NCBI GenBank assembly: GCA_904063045.1
Contig: CAJFCJ010000023.1
Span: 558,001-622,000, forward strand
Origin: Dimorphilus gyrociliatus
Lineage: Eukaryota > Animalia > Annelida
DNA length: 64,000 nucleotides
Reading direction: 5' to 3'
The position numbers were made by a program, and so were the translations under genes. Positions within the stretch are counted from its first letter, which is position 1, and each line of letters starts with the position of its first letter. Below the pieces are notes generated by a model that ran no database searches, was not told the origin of the DNA, and saw only the letters and a program-made list of their open reading frames with translations. Shown here piece after piece: positions 50,892-64,000 of the stretch.

Positions 50892-53657
50892 CTACACTTC
50901 CGAATCAGTAATTATGGACTCGGACATAGCAACGTCTATAGATTCGGTTTGTACCGATTCCAGATCAATAGCTTTCTTATAATCCATAAATATTTTTTGA
51001 AACATGAGCATTCTCTCATCTTCTTCCCTTAAACGAGCCTTTATAGCTTGTTTCTTCTGCCTCTCGCGAATGAGCGTAACATTCGCCAAAACTTGATCAA
51101 TTCTCGAATCGGATCCTTCTTCATCAAAATTCGAAAGGCATAAAGCTCTGTCAAGAGGTAGGAAGTCGATAGAATCTGCTTTCAACTGTAGAATATATCA
51201 ATTAAATATGAAATAATAGATGGTATTGCGCAATAAACCTCTCTGAAAGCATACAAGTCCAACGCAAAATAATGTTTCGATCTGGTATCATTAAGATACA
51301 CGAAATATTGTATATAATCCCACATATTATGCTCTTTTCCAACGTGATATAAGAACCCCTATAAAAACGAATATTTCTCATAATTAATAACTACGAAACC
51401 ATTGAAACTGACTACTTCTAATTTCTTAATGAATTAATTGAATATTTAATTAATTAGTTTATTAATTTACTAACCGTTTTTGTTCGATCAAACTCAAAAC
51501 TATCCCGACTGCATAGAAAACAACTGTCCCTCATGTCTCTTTCAGCATCCCACTATAATTGAGTAACAAATAGACCATTTTGTAATTGTATAATTATTTT
51601 ACATATATCCAATTATAGAAGAGAATTTGATTAGAAGAGAAACTTAATCTTACAGACCTTTTTGTTTCGAATTTCGGAGAAAGTATCTACTATAATACCA
51701 AAGACAACATTCAATAGAATAACAGATACGAGAACGTTAAATGCTATCTGAAATGCTCCCAAAGCTGACCAATTGGCAAACGTCTTGTAGTTGTCGATTG
51801 TAGTAAATTTCTGTTATAGTAATAAGATAGCATTATATACGGTATGTAGTATATCTTTTATTTAAATTCTTCTTATCTATGGCTACTCTTACATCGTCGT
51901 AATTTCCAATTAACCCGTATCTGAATACGGCAATAGAGCACTCTAGCAGAGTTTCGCAGTACATCTCCTCGTCTCTATTAAACATCGTTCTAAAGAAGGC
52001 AAATCCAACTAGACTGAACAGGTAAATCATAATGAGGCCAAGTACTCCAACCCAAATTAAAGAAACACCTTTTGCATTTATAAAGAAATAATAGCATTTA
52101 TTCAATAATTTATCAAGAAAGGTATAGAAAAAATACCATTTTGAGTAACTGCCCTTATAATTCCGAGTAGTAGAGGATTTCCTTTAACTATTAATAGAAG
52201 ATGTGCAGCAAAAAAATATCCGTGAAATTTTGTACCAAGAATTGAAAGAGCAGTAAATGCAACGTAGAGGAAAGTTTGCGAACTAAAGATCCGAGCGACC
52301 AATTGGGATTTTTTCAGCGAACACGCCAGAGATGGAGCTTTATAAACGACCTTTTTGTCACTATACAAGATAAAAATATATGTACTGCATATGTAACGTA
52401 TAGTCGACTATAAACTGTACAAGCTAATTAATAATCTAATTTAATAATGCTTAATTGTCTAACCCTTCTAAAAAAGGGAGTAAAAATGAAGGAATATTCA
52501 AAACTGGATGGTCTATTATATAATAGGTTAAAAGCCATAAACCAGATACTATATTATGAGTTATAGCAAATGATAGAAATATCTTATCGTAGACGTTCTT
52601 ATCGATACTTATATCAGGTTTTGGTCTGTAAATAAATATATTATTTGAAAGCGATTTTCCTTATAATGTAAACTAACGATGATAGGCCTGAAGTAGTAAC
52701 GTTGATAGTAGATTGTTCTTGATCACCTCCTTTCGCTGATCTTTTAGAGTCTATGGATTGTGCCGGTTCTGAGCTGTCCATTTTCCAAGTAGCCATCATA
52801 AAAACATTTATGATTAGACTTAATACTATAATAAGGATATTCAAAAAATTTGGAGTTTTTGATATAAACCTGTAAATGAAAACAACAATAACAAGAGAAA
52901 GAGGATAAAGAAGAGAAAAACTGTATTTTCATTTGACTTGCCTAAATAGTTTTTTGTCCAAAAGTCTCTTTTGATGAGGTACAACGTTTAAAGTATCTTT
53001 TCCCCATTTTATCAAATCTCTTAATTTACTAGTTGCCGAAGATCTATCCGTATTCCATTTAATAACTTCTTTTACTTCTTCCCTAACTGCTCCTGCTGTT
53101 TTTATTCTAAAATGAACCTTTTGTAAACAATCGTCCTTTACTATTTCAATTGAACCACAATTCTTCTTGTAGTAATCCCATATGGCTTTATCCCTGGCTG
53201 TTGTGTAATACCGATCTTTCAACTTCTTATCAATATCTAAGAGACGAGCTGACAGTAAATAAAAGGAAAATCCACAATCGGCTGATAACCCATCCAGGTC
53301 AGATTGTCGTTTCGATGTAGCTTCTTGATTTTCTTCCTCTCCAATTAGTGAAAGGTAGTTTGGTTTACTGGCTTCCTTAATTTCGTAGCATTGTTGAATG
53401 ACTTTTTTCAACATAGAAAAGTCAAGGGTCGCCGCAACATCTTTGGCAAGTGCAATTGCTTCAGAGGAATTCTCTTCAACAAGAGCCCTTAAGAGATTAC
53501 TTATATTCAACCAAAGTTTTAAAACTTGTCTTGGCGTACATTGCTTGTATTCTTTCATTCTTAGCAGAAAATTTATAAAATCTATGACTTTATTGTTGAG
53601 AATAACCTGAAAAGAGAGAAGGAAGAATTGTAAATAAATTAACTAAAAACAGCTACT

Positions 53658-53719
<62 letters not shown>

Positions 53720-56527
53720 ATCTATCTTTTACTAAATAAGTAAAAGACAAATTTCCAATTAAACTTATCAGTAATTAACTAACCGAACGATTCTCATGGT
53801 ATCCCAAACATACTTCTTTTAAACAGTTGATCGTTTGAGATATTAGCTGAATTGTTTCGTTGTCCACATAACTATAAATTGTGGAAAGGAATATCGTAAT
53901 TTCTTGTACAATATTTACTTTTCTTAAATTATCATCTTGGCATCTTAAATAAAGTTGTAATGAAAGATATTGTCCGGAACATAATCCTCCAAGAACTCTT
54001 ATTATTAATTCTGTACTTCCGTCGGGAACAAACTCTTTTAGCTGCTGTTCAATAAATGTTGGATCTTTTTGCGTTTTCAACTCCTTTAGCTCGACAGACT
54101 GAAGGGAGTCGGAGAATCTATTATTGTTTCTTTGCAAAGGGAGCATTCTATTAGCCAGAACAGTTCTGGCCATCGTAATAAAAGCCAAACTTTTTCGCTG
54201 TCGGGCTAGAGCTACCCAGTTGCCACCTTTAGCTTTTCTTTCATTATTTGAAGTAGCAGTCTACAAAAATAATTCAAAAGAATCGTTTACAAGATTATTC
54301 ACAATAAGAGGAAAATAGTTTCCAGTACTTTTTACCTTAATGCTGCTGTTGTCATCTGTAGTATAGCCGGCAAGGCTTTTATTTTCAGGAGAATTTTTGT
54401 CTTTATTATAGTATTTAGTTGTTGATTTCTGCTGAATTTGAACTCGAAGAGATCTCCTGCAATGACATTAAAACAATTGATTTCTCATTGGAATGACTGT
54501 AATGTCAATCTTCCTTCCCACCCATCCCGGTTAGAAATAACAACCTTTCTTTACTCTCAATAGCTCCACGTTTGAGAAACGTTTCAAGGACCAAAAAGAA
54601 TATTTCCTCCTTTGTACTCTTACAATATTCCATTATTTTTACTTGAATATGATTCAAAGCGTTATATAGTAAACGATCAAAGAGAACCATAACTTTCTTG
54701 CGAATTGGATCGCTATCCCTTACTAGAATGTCCATTAAACAGGGAATAATACCATATTCAACAAACTGACATTGCCTCTGTCGAAGATAGCAGAGTTTTC
54801 TGAAAGATGCAACTTAAATATAAACTGATTAGCTGTTATGTATTTTTTACCTTTCTTCTTGAGAAGGAGAACTTTTTTCAACAGCAAGGATTCTATTATA
54901 CAATAAGGCGCTAAGTATATCCATACATTTCATCTCTAACTTTTCTTGAGCATCAGTTGCCACATTTCTGTTCTTTTTAGTTGAAATTTTTAAGAAATCA
55001 ATCAGTTTTGAACATAGAAAGTCATCGTCGAAAATGTTAACTAATTGTTGAAATTCTTCGTTAACTGGTATAAACATTATTTTATCCTCATGATTATATC
55101 CTAAAAGGATAAAGAAAGAGAAGATAGTCTAGTTGATGAGTCAAATATTTAATCAATATTTACGTACTCTGTTCGCTTTTTATATTCAAAACGTAAGATA
55201 GCGTATCTTTTCCTTGGATAATGATTTTGCAATTACTTACGAAATTCTTTAAACATCCTTTCAAGACTTTTTCTTGGCTATCGTAAATTTCTTCAACGTG
55301 ATCGCTTCTCTGTTCGATCGTTTCGACAAATGATGAGAAATTGTTTTGGCTGAAGAATTCAGAAATTTCCGACTGAGATTCTTTAGTTTTTAAAAGGAAC
55401 ATCTGAAAGCTTGTATAAACAATATGGCAGTGGTTTAAAGTTGTCATATTCTGAATAATACTCGGGAAGAATATCTAAATGGATAAGAGAAAATATTAAG
55501 ACGATTCGGCTAAGATACGATAACCACTGAAAGACGCTAACTTTGAGAAGGTTAATTAGCTTTCTAATAATAAATTCTTGTTCGTGAGACTGCTCTTCCG
55601 ATTTGTAATATTTTGAAAGATATACATTCAACATCTCCAATCCTCCATCTAGAAAATAAGTACACAATTCATCGATTCTTTCGTCTGATGCTACTCTATT
55701 TTCACTAATGAAGAGGAAAATATAGTTCTCTATTACTCGCTTCATTTAAGAATTAAACTTACCCATTTTCATCTATTGTTGAATTAACATTAACTTTCAA
55801 CTGAAGTCGATTTAATAGAGTTCGTAAAGCTTTTAAATGCTGCCAAAATTTAAAGTCGCTCGTGAATTGGTCAACGCCACTTTCAATTTCAGATCTAGCA
55901 GTTTTTAAGTATGCCCACGTAAGATATTTGGCAAAGATGCCCTTATTTCTCATATTTATATATCTATTATTAAGAATTGTTAATAACTCAGATGTTGAAA
56001 ATAAAGTTTGACAAAAATTTTCAATATATCGATTTTCTCCCTGGAAATTGAATTTCACTGAATTCCATTCAAACAATAATTAAACGCATATATTCAACTT
56101 ACTTCCGCGCATATTGCCAATAAACGTACAAGCTCTACAAGATAACTCTCATGTTCTTTTCCTTCGTGTCCAATTAGGATATTCATTCTAGACAATTCGT
56201 TATCAACATAAAGATTTTATTATTAATACTGGCGAAGAAAAAAAGAAAACTTTAAGGTAGATGCTCATTACCTTCTCCTGATTGTGTATGACAAACAATA
56301 AGCAATTTTTGGATAGTTTGTCATAATTTCTTGAACAACTAATAATTGATTTTTTTTTATCAATACTCCAGTTTGCCTTTCTCTAACAATCCCCGATAAA
56401 AGATGTAATAGTTCGGGCGCTCTTTGCTGGTGAACACCAACTAATCTTATAATTCTTCGCACGTGATTCTTTTTAATATTGAAGCAATTCATAACGTGTC
56501 CTCTAAAAACCTTTGTTACAGAGGAAT

Positions 56528-56566
<39 letters not shown>

Positions 56567-59500
56567 TATGAATGAATGAATGAATGACTAAATGTTGCTC
56601 TTCTATTTGCCTACCTCCATCATAGCTATAGCCAAACTGGAACCGCAATGTTTTATAGACATAAAATCGTCGAATCTGTCAAATACATATTTTTGAACGT
56701 GGGCATTTTTCCTTGTAAGATATTTAAGAAGTTTCAAAGAAGCCTTAAGAACTCTAATTTCAGCTGCGTCATCGTCCTATAAAATATTGAATTCAAGTAA
56801 TTGTAGTTTGGTTACTCAATGAGATAATAAGTATCTAGTATTTACTTACGTCTATTGATATGTTCAACGTTTTACTCTTAGAAATCATGTTGTAAATGAA
56901 TGCTAATACTTCGTTATTTATCATGATGTTTTGTCCCACTGTAAAAGTTACATTCTCGTCGTAGGCGGCATAACATAATCTAATAACGTGGAAGATGAAC
57001 AAAAACAACTGGTAGTGCATATATATCGAATGAATTAACTAAATTCTTACTCTGTATATTGTTCTAAAATCGTCAGAATATTTTGGCAATTATCTTGAGT
57101 TATCTTCCGAGTTACGCACTGCAATAACTTTGGCATAGAAGATAAAACTTGCCTATGAACTCTTATGGAACTTGTTGAACAAAGTATCTGCAGTACACAA
57201 TGTATTATATAAAATATTCATTTAAACTAAAGAGAATAGACTTACCTGACACTTTTCAACAACTTCGAATAGTCTATTATTATCGGAGGATATTATATCT
57301 AAAATCTCAATAACTTTGAATAGTATTTCCTCCGAACTATACCTCGTTAAATCCTTTAAAAATATAAATAACAGTTTAAACGTTAGAACATTTTAATTAT
57401 TTAATTAACCATTAAAATTTGAGGCAATACGGAAAATAGCGAATCGCTACTTCTCGATATATCCTTCAATAGTTTCTTAAGAACTCTTCGATATTTAACA
57501 TTGTTCCATAAATAAGACGGGCTGTGTACTTTCTCTAGGAATGTTCCTAGCGGATGATGTTGCTTTACCGGTAGTAGTTCTTTTTGGTCGATTTCTTTAA
57601 ATATTGATAGAATTTGCTATAAGGATCCAAAGGGAAAATATTCATATAGATATTGTTATTAGTAATAAATGTTCAACTGATTAAATTTATTAGTATTATT
57701 ATTATTACCTTAACTTTACGATTAAATTGATTAATCATCAATAATTCAATCAATTCAAGAGCTCTACTCGGAAATAGCAGATTTAATGGGTGTTTGTTTC
57801 ATATTGAATAGATGAATATACTCACTCTTTCTTTGCTAATAAAAGTTGATCGGTTTTTTCGCTCTTCTCGTATCTTCTGTATAGTTTATAATTATTCACG
57901 TCATGTCTCGCTTTGATCGAATAAGCTATTGAAATGAATTGAATGATTGCAATTCGTAAAACAGTCAACACTTTTTATTCTTCCTTACTCGATCCTTCAT
58001 CGGGAGAAGATGGTAGATCGTTAAAACCGGATAGGATACTTAGAACCAATGGTAGAAGAGCGTCAATATCATACGCTGAACCGATATATCCGAATTTTAT
58101 TAAATGTTTTATCATATTTAAAACCTGAAAAAGGTTTATTATAGAGAAAGTTTGATTTAAATTTATGAAACAAGATTACTACTAACACGGCCAATAAATT
58201 GATTTCTACCAATATTATTAGCAATTAACACTTTATGATCGGATAGAAATTCGAAAATCCAACATCTTAGATGGGGGAAATGAGCATTTATATCTCTAGC
58301 AACCTGATATCAAAGAGGAAGAAGGCACATAATGTATACAAATAAGCAATTTTAATCATTATAGATCTTACCCTTGAGGTATTAGACTTCTTTAAATCAG
58401 TTGTTACTTCTTCGTACAAGAAATTCAAAGAAGCCGTACGAATTACATCAGAATCACTTACGATATCGATAAATAGGCCTAAAGATCAATAGAGAGGTAA
58501 TTAATATATCGGTTTATCTACCTACTCACTTGTAATGATATCGCAAAATTTTGACCGAAACGAATAGGCTATCTGTTCTGATATCAGTCCAGCTAGAGCC
58601 GTTTCCCAGCTAAACAACTCGGCAGAAGTGGTGATAATATTTAGGGCATATTCATTTTGTCCCTAATTCGAAAAGTAATAGAAACATAATAGATTAAATT
58701 TCATCTTTTCTCTACTTTTTTTCAACTTACAAAACACATTTTTCCGTACAATTCCAGTTGTTTTTCGTAATATAAATACTGCAATGGGTTCTGTTTTCCT
58801 CCAGACTGAAATTTAGCAAGAGAAGAATGAATTGAATGAAAACATACGCAACAACTTACAGATACAAATCTGTGTAGAGGTTGCCATGTTTTTTGAGCAT
58901 CAGTCGATATGTATAGAATGTTTGATGAATCACTATCAACGCTACTGCCTTTTCTTAGCTTGAACATTATATCTGTCATATCGACAAATAGACTTTTGCA
59001 TATGAAATTCTGATTTTCAGTCATTGCTGTATTTTCGCAAACGCATAAACATCCCAAGAATTCAAGCATTTTATAATTCTATACAATGAATTATAGAGTA
59101 TAAAATACATTAATCAAACGTTCAATTTATTTTATAATAAACCATTACCGGATTGGTTTTGTGAAATTCAATAAAACCGGAAGTATTCGATAGAGAAATT
59201 CCATCAACAATTATCATCTTATCTTTTGTTATATTGATGAAAATTTTACATATTTCAATCCCGAGTCCCGACTATATTAAAGTAAGGCTTGAACGTTATA
59301 CGTTTTGTTCATATTTCTTTTATACAAGCTTACCTTCCCTTCGATATTCTTTCTGAAAAATTCCAGATACTTTGATATGTGTCTAGCATTCTTCCTACTC
59401 TTTCCCTCAGAATACGAAACGAACAGTTGGCAGAGGGTGCAAAATATCGAATTCAAGTATTTTTCGTCTAATTCATTACTAATAGGAAATGATAATAACT

Positions 59501-62017
59501 TGATAGAAATCTCCAGAATGTGCAAGTTCCGCAGTAATTTTTGCCTCTGTTTCAATATTTGTCCATCGATTTGGAGAAATTCCCGAAACTCTTTAAAAAT
59601 TTTACAAATTTCATTATCATCCCTTGTCTTCCAAACTGCTCCATTTGCCCTCTCCTCAACTAAACTTCTCAGATATGGTACCATTCCAGCCACGTAGTTA
59701 AAAGCCCAAAAATCTTCGTAAGCTACCTGCTGTATTGCCAAAACGTCTGGAAATTCTGATATAGGCGAAATGGTTACCTATAATTTTTTTTTATAAAAGA
59801 TATAAACGAAATTGGGATCAGTTTGAAATGATAAGAAAAGAGGAATACCTCCAGCAATTCCGAAGTATCGTTGTAGAGAGTACTCTTGTTCTTTTGCGTG
59901 TAGTAGTTATCTATAAAAAGAAAAGAGAGAAAAAGCTCATGTTATTTAGTGTTAGGTGCTTTCAATGCAAAGATAAAACACCCACTTCCCGATCCGTGTA
60001 CCCAAGATTTCGATATAACATGAAATATTCTAATATTTGAATTAATATCGATTTTTTCATCTCTAAAAGCCTGGAACATAATTACGGAACCGTATTAATA
60101 ATAAGATATAAAGTAAAAAGGCTACTTACTCCGGCAAGGGGATAAAATGTTAACAAAGTTCTTGGGTCATCAATGTTATCTACTAGAACAAATTTGTTCT
60201 CTGCGTTTAACGATAAAAACTTTCTCGTCGTCAAATGACGTAATCGTATTTGTTCCTTCCATAAAACAGCTTCTCCTGAAGTAACATCATCAACTTTCTC
60301 AATTTGCCAATATATGTTAGAAGACGTTGAAGGCTGAAGAGTACGAGTATCCGATTGATCGATTACTCTGACTCGGAAATGAACTGGAAAGAGATAATAG
60401 CATATACTATATTATAAATTTACAGTATACAGTATACAGTATAAGTAATCCCCTACCATCTTCTTCTATATCCTGACCAAATACTCCTACAGCACATAGA
60501 TAACTTTCTAGTTCTTTGTGAAAAAGTCTTAGAACAGTTCCACCCTAGTTTCATTCGAATAAATAAAAGAAATTACAAACAATTGATATGTTACATTGTA
60601 AACAATCTTTGTTAGTCACTAATAACAAACAAGATAAGTACTCTTAAAAAGTTTTCGGAATTATTTGTAGGCCTGTAATGTTTTTTCAAGGAAAAATAGG
60701 AATTGTCGTAATCGGCGCCAACGTTAACTTCCGATCTAATCAATTAATTAATGAAGAGAAGAAAGAAAGAATTAGAATTGTAGAAAAATACAAAGGAAGC
60801 CAGAATCTCTTACCCAGTCGTAATACTATCAATTTCGTAAAAAGGACTTATGTTTAGATATGATCCAGAAAATCTTACGCTTTCAAAAACAACCTCGTCT
60901 GAGTATTCAATCTATTCAAGGACACATATTATAGATATTTATAATGTAACCTTCAAGCATTGTCATTCTTTATTGTTCAATCATTCAATCAACCTTTCAT
61001 TCATCTTACTTTTTCTCCGCTAACTTTAATCTTTCCTCTAGGCAAAATACGAAACCAACTTCCTTTGTCGCTATAATCTTCGAGTTTAACTATAGACTTG
61101 TTTTTCATAATGTGACTTGTATCGGACGCGCTAACGTGGATGAACTTGTTCGTAAAAATGTGACGGAGCTATCAAGATAAAAAATGTATGGAGGAGACAG
61201 ATTTCTTGTTTAATTAAAAAAAAAGACGCCTACCTGTATTATTTCACCGTATCTTAACGCCTTACCGCGTAATCTTTCTTGATCTTTGATATTATCCTTC
61301 TTCTCCGCTTCAACTGTGACCTGTAAGGGAAAATAACGAATAGAAAAGGTTCAAATGCAACTATTTATCGTAATTATTATGTCTAATTACGTAAACATCT
61401 CGAAGAGACTTTTCCAGTTTTTCAATTTCATCCTTATTCAAAAATTCTCTACCGGCTTCGAATTCTTTCTTCAATTTCATATACTTCTTATTCAATTTAT
61501 ACCGATTTTGAACGCATATTTCGAATGTTATAGCTGTTTGTTTGGCATTTTTAAAAAAATAAAGGAAAGATAAGGAAGAAAAAAGAAGCTTTAATCGATC
61601 AGATTACTATCATAAAGTTCTTGCTTATAAAAGAGATACTATTATCAAAATTACTGTACCGCTTATCCCCGATATATTCGGCTGTTTCTTGTTCTGATTG
61701 TGCTTGATAAACAACTGGCATTTCGATCTCGTACTTGAATGTTTTGTTTTTTTGAGAAAAGGGCATCGTTTAATGATTTCAATGATTATTTTAACAAACT
61801 ACAATATAATATTAAATAAGGTTAACACACTCTTTAAATGTATACAAACGGGAATATGTTTGAAAAGCCTCTATTAATATAACATTTTTGCACGAATAGT
61901 ATTTACTACAATATGTAAGACATACCTTGTTCTATCCGAATAGATGTAGCCTTTAGTTAATTCGTGAAACATGCACATCTGATCTCCGTAAGCTAAGCAT
62001 TCTTCTCTATCCGTCTC
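50892..62017 (-). CDS. ITPR: Divergent inositol 1,4,5-trisphosphate receptor-like Ca2+ release channel (multi-exon; start exon not resolved upstream of 62017)
   Basis: Minus-strand exons give ITPR motifs in the expected order: CLAYGDQMCMF, ICVQNRY, LRYGEIIQLRH, GSWFRILP, GGTVLRLFHKE, STSSNIYWQIE, RQKLLRN, FLGCLCV, QLELYGKMC, LCSGQYLSLQLYLRCQ, CETLLEC, S6 ILLNVVFGIIVDTFSEIR, zinc motif CFLC...HVGKEHNMWDY, DFLPLDRAL. Stop TAG at 50892. Not every junction was checked. Confidence 0.93.
53667..53717. repeat. (CT)n microsatellite in an ITPR intron
   Basis: Visible directly in the sequence. Confidence 0.9.
56530..56587. repeat. (TTGA)n-(ATGA)n compound microsatellite in ITPR intron 56511-56614
   Basis: Visible directly in the sequence. 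Confidence 0.9.
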
Positions 62018-62878
62018 CTAAATTTCACACAATGACATTTCGAGAAAGGTAACATATTTTTAAAAAGAGGGAGCTATTTGCAGAAGATAATTGAATAAAA
62101 ACCTCTTGAATTTGATCCCTATCTATAGGGAAGAGAGTGGGCATGTTCCTCTCCTCTCTTTGAACAAAATATTACCAAAGCAAAAATATTCGATTCCTGT
62201 CGAAATCTGAACACGATCAAAACGCTAGGTGAAAAATGACCTTCTAGTCAGATGTATCAAACAGTATTTGTATCAAGAAATATTGTTAGTATTCACAAAT
62301 TTTTCTATTCAAAAAGCCTTTTCCTCCCACTCTTTTCTGCTCTCTCTCTCTCTCTCTCTGTTTCGGATGAATAGTTTTTTTCAATTCAGACCTTTAAAAG
62401 TGCGGTACACATTTTTTCATTATCCTATTATATGGATGCATATTTTATTGGTAAAAAGTGAAATCTGCCAATTTCAATACACAGAATGTCTAGATAACTA
62501 CAAACCGCAAAACTGGACAATGTACCAATGTTTTCAATATTTAAAATAACAAACAAAGCAATTATATTTTTGTTGATAGAAAGAAACCAGAACAATCCTA
62601 TCTATGTACATATTGAATATTCAAAAGAGCAACAAACGATTTAATAAATGTTCATTTTCTTGTATGTGTATCGAAGATAATAGCGAAAATATTAATATAA
62701 TATATTTTACTGCTCTTGCATGGCAAATTTATGAGTGTGCAAGTTACAACAGTACTGATTCTACTCGAACCTTCTTACAATTGTTTAACTTAAATGGTTT
62801 ATTCAAAGTAAAATACATAAGCAAGTAACAATATGAAAGTAGATGATAATACATGTATAAATATTAAATTTAGACCAA

Positions 62879-63462
62879 TCATTCAATGCAGCAGCGACCT
62901 CCCTGTGCCCAATGCTGCTCTGGAACGCCTAGAGTTCTCGCTATGATTTTATAAAGACTGAATCTGTTCTGGGCAAGTTGAAGATTTGCGCTATAACCAT
63001 GGCATTCCAGAAGCCCGTTTATAGCACAGGACTACACCAATCCGGGTCTTTTATGATATTCGTTCTCCAGAACCACAACGCACAACTCACGCTATTTTTA
63101 GCTGAAAGAACCAAGCTTGGATTGTCGAAAAAAGAATCTCCTAGTCCTTGACCATGTCCTGCTGCTCTATAATTGTAATGGTGGCTAATTTGGAGTATCC
63201 CCCTACCATGAAAACATTTACCATCATACATATAAGATTCATGTGCCACAGGATTACAGTTCATCTCCTCACAGTTCTCCAATCCACCTGATTCGTGAAA
63301 AACCTGAGCCAAAAAGATGGCTATTCTATTTCTAGTTGACAAATAATTTGCTGACTTTAATCCATTTACCAACTCTATACAAAGTTGTCGTGGAGCATGT
63401 CCTGTAAAACCACAGGCCAATCGGCATTCCTGTATGTTCTCTAATGTAATGTTCCCCGCCAT
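62879..63462 (-). pseudogene. GH19 chitinase/lysozyme-like gene, intronless, frameshifted near the C-terminus (pseudogene or assembly error)
   Basis: GH19 motifs FLAQVFHESGGL, FHGRGILQISHHYNYRAAG and ALWFW lie in ORF 63462-63019. The expected C-terminus AINGLLEC...NRFSLYKIIARTLGV is in another frame, ending at 62879. Confidence 0.75.
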
Positions 63463-64000
63463 TTTCTAAAAAATTAACTACATTAATGTTGTTTCAATAA
63501 GATAGTTTGGTAATCCAATCTGACGAAAGAAAAATGAATCATTGTAGGCAATTTTTAAATGTGTTATATTGCGATTGTTTAAATAGTAGTTATCTCGAAA
63601 AAAGGGTGTCGTTCAAAGTGTAGTCACTTTCTACTTTATTAAAACCTAGTTGTTAAACTACCCAACTTAAAAAGGAAATTGATATTTCATAATCGTAGCT
63701 CGAAATCATCATCAAAATAGTTAGATAAGGTTTGTCATTTAATAGCTACAAAACCTTAAGACGAGCTATCTTTAAATAAAATTTAAGTAACAATCAAACC
63801 AATATACCTTGTAGAAAGTAAAAGTCTTTTAGGTAGTAGCTTTATGAGAGATCCTATCCGTCCGTTTGTTTCGGATAAACTGATTCAGAGTTGAATCTTA
63901 GCCAACTCTTAATCATCAATGTAGAAGAAATCTAACACTGTCCAAGTGATTGAAAAAACTTCTAGTTTCTCACCAAACAATGTATTTAATTAATGTTTTC

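Noticed and set aside
56268-56648. ORF reading SINQSINQSIN, suggesting a repeat insertion in ITPR
   Set aside because: It is a microsatellite inside a 104-nt intron (56511-56614). The upstream exon is in a different frame (…LAIAMME|VFRGH), so the repeat is not coding.
58527-58662. Apparent frameshift in an ITPR exon
   Set aside because: On re-reading, the exon is continuous (…IAYSFRSKFCDIIT), so this was my transcription slip.
1-64000. tRNA, rRNA, CRISPR arrays, transposase or reverse transcriptase ORFs
   Set aside because: No T-loop/D-loop signatures, regular repeat-spacer arrays or mobile-element motifs were seen by eye. tRNAscan, Infernal and RepeatMasker would be needed to exclude them formally.

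Overview
AT-rich eukaryotic (animal) genomic DNA, probably from a compact-genome invertebrate; a lophotrochozoan is my inference from the many ~55-110 nt GT-AG introns and the gene set. I reconstructed seven genes by manual splicing. (1) The 3' end of a single-pass cadherin (+, <1-4020). (2) A PDZRN3/4-type RING-TRAF-PDZ gene spread over ~34 kb with multi-kb introns (+, 6924/7878-41155). (3) An intronless dermatan sulfate epimerase (DSE) homologue (-, 41849-44473). (4-5) Two tandem GT7 (B4GALT-family) glycosyltransferases, each carrying two C-terminal PAN/Apple domains (+, 46209-48381 and 48660-50751). (6) A divergent IP3-receptor-like channel (-, 50892->62017). (7) An intronless, frameshifted GH19 chitinase-like gene (-, 62879-63462). 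The main points of interest are these. All three recalled catalytic residues of the DSE homologue are replaced, suggesting a pseudo-enzyme, and it lies head-to-head with the GT7-PAN-PAN pair. The ITPR has lost the GGGxGD pore motif. The PDZRN introns are dense in CTCF/YY1-like and E-box motifs and hold candidate alternative first exons. No tRNA, rRNA, CRISPR array or recognisable transposon was found. Alignments to reference proteins and motif counts were done by eye from memory and need computational confirmation.
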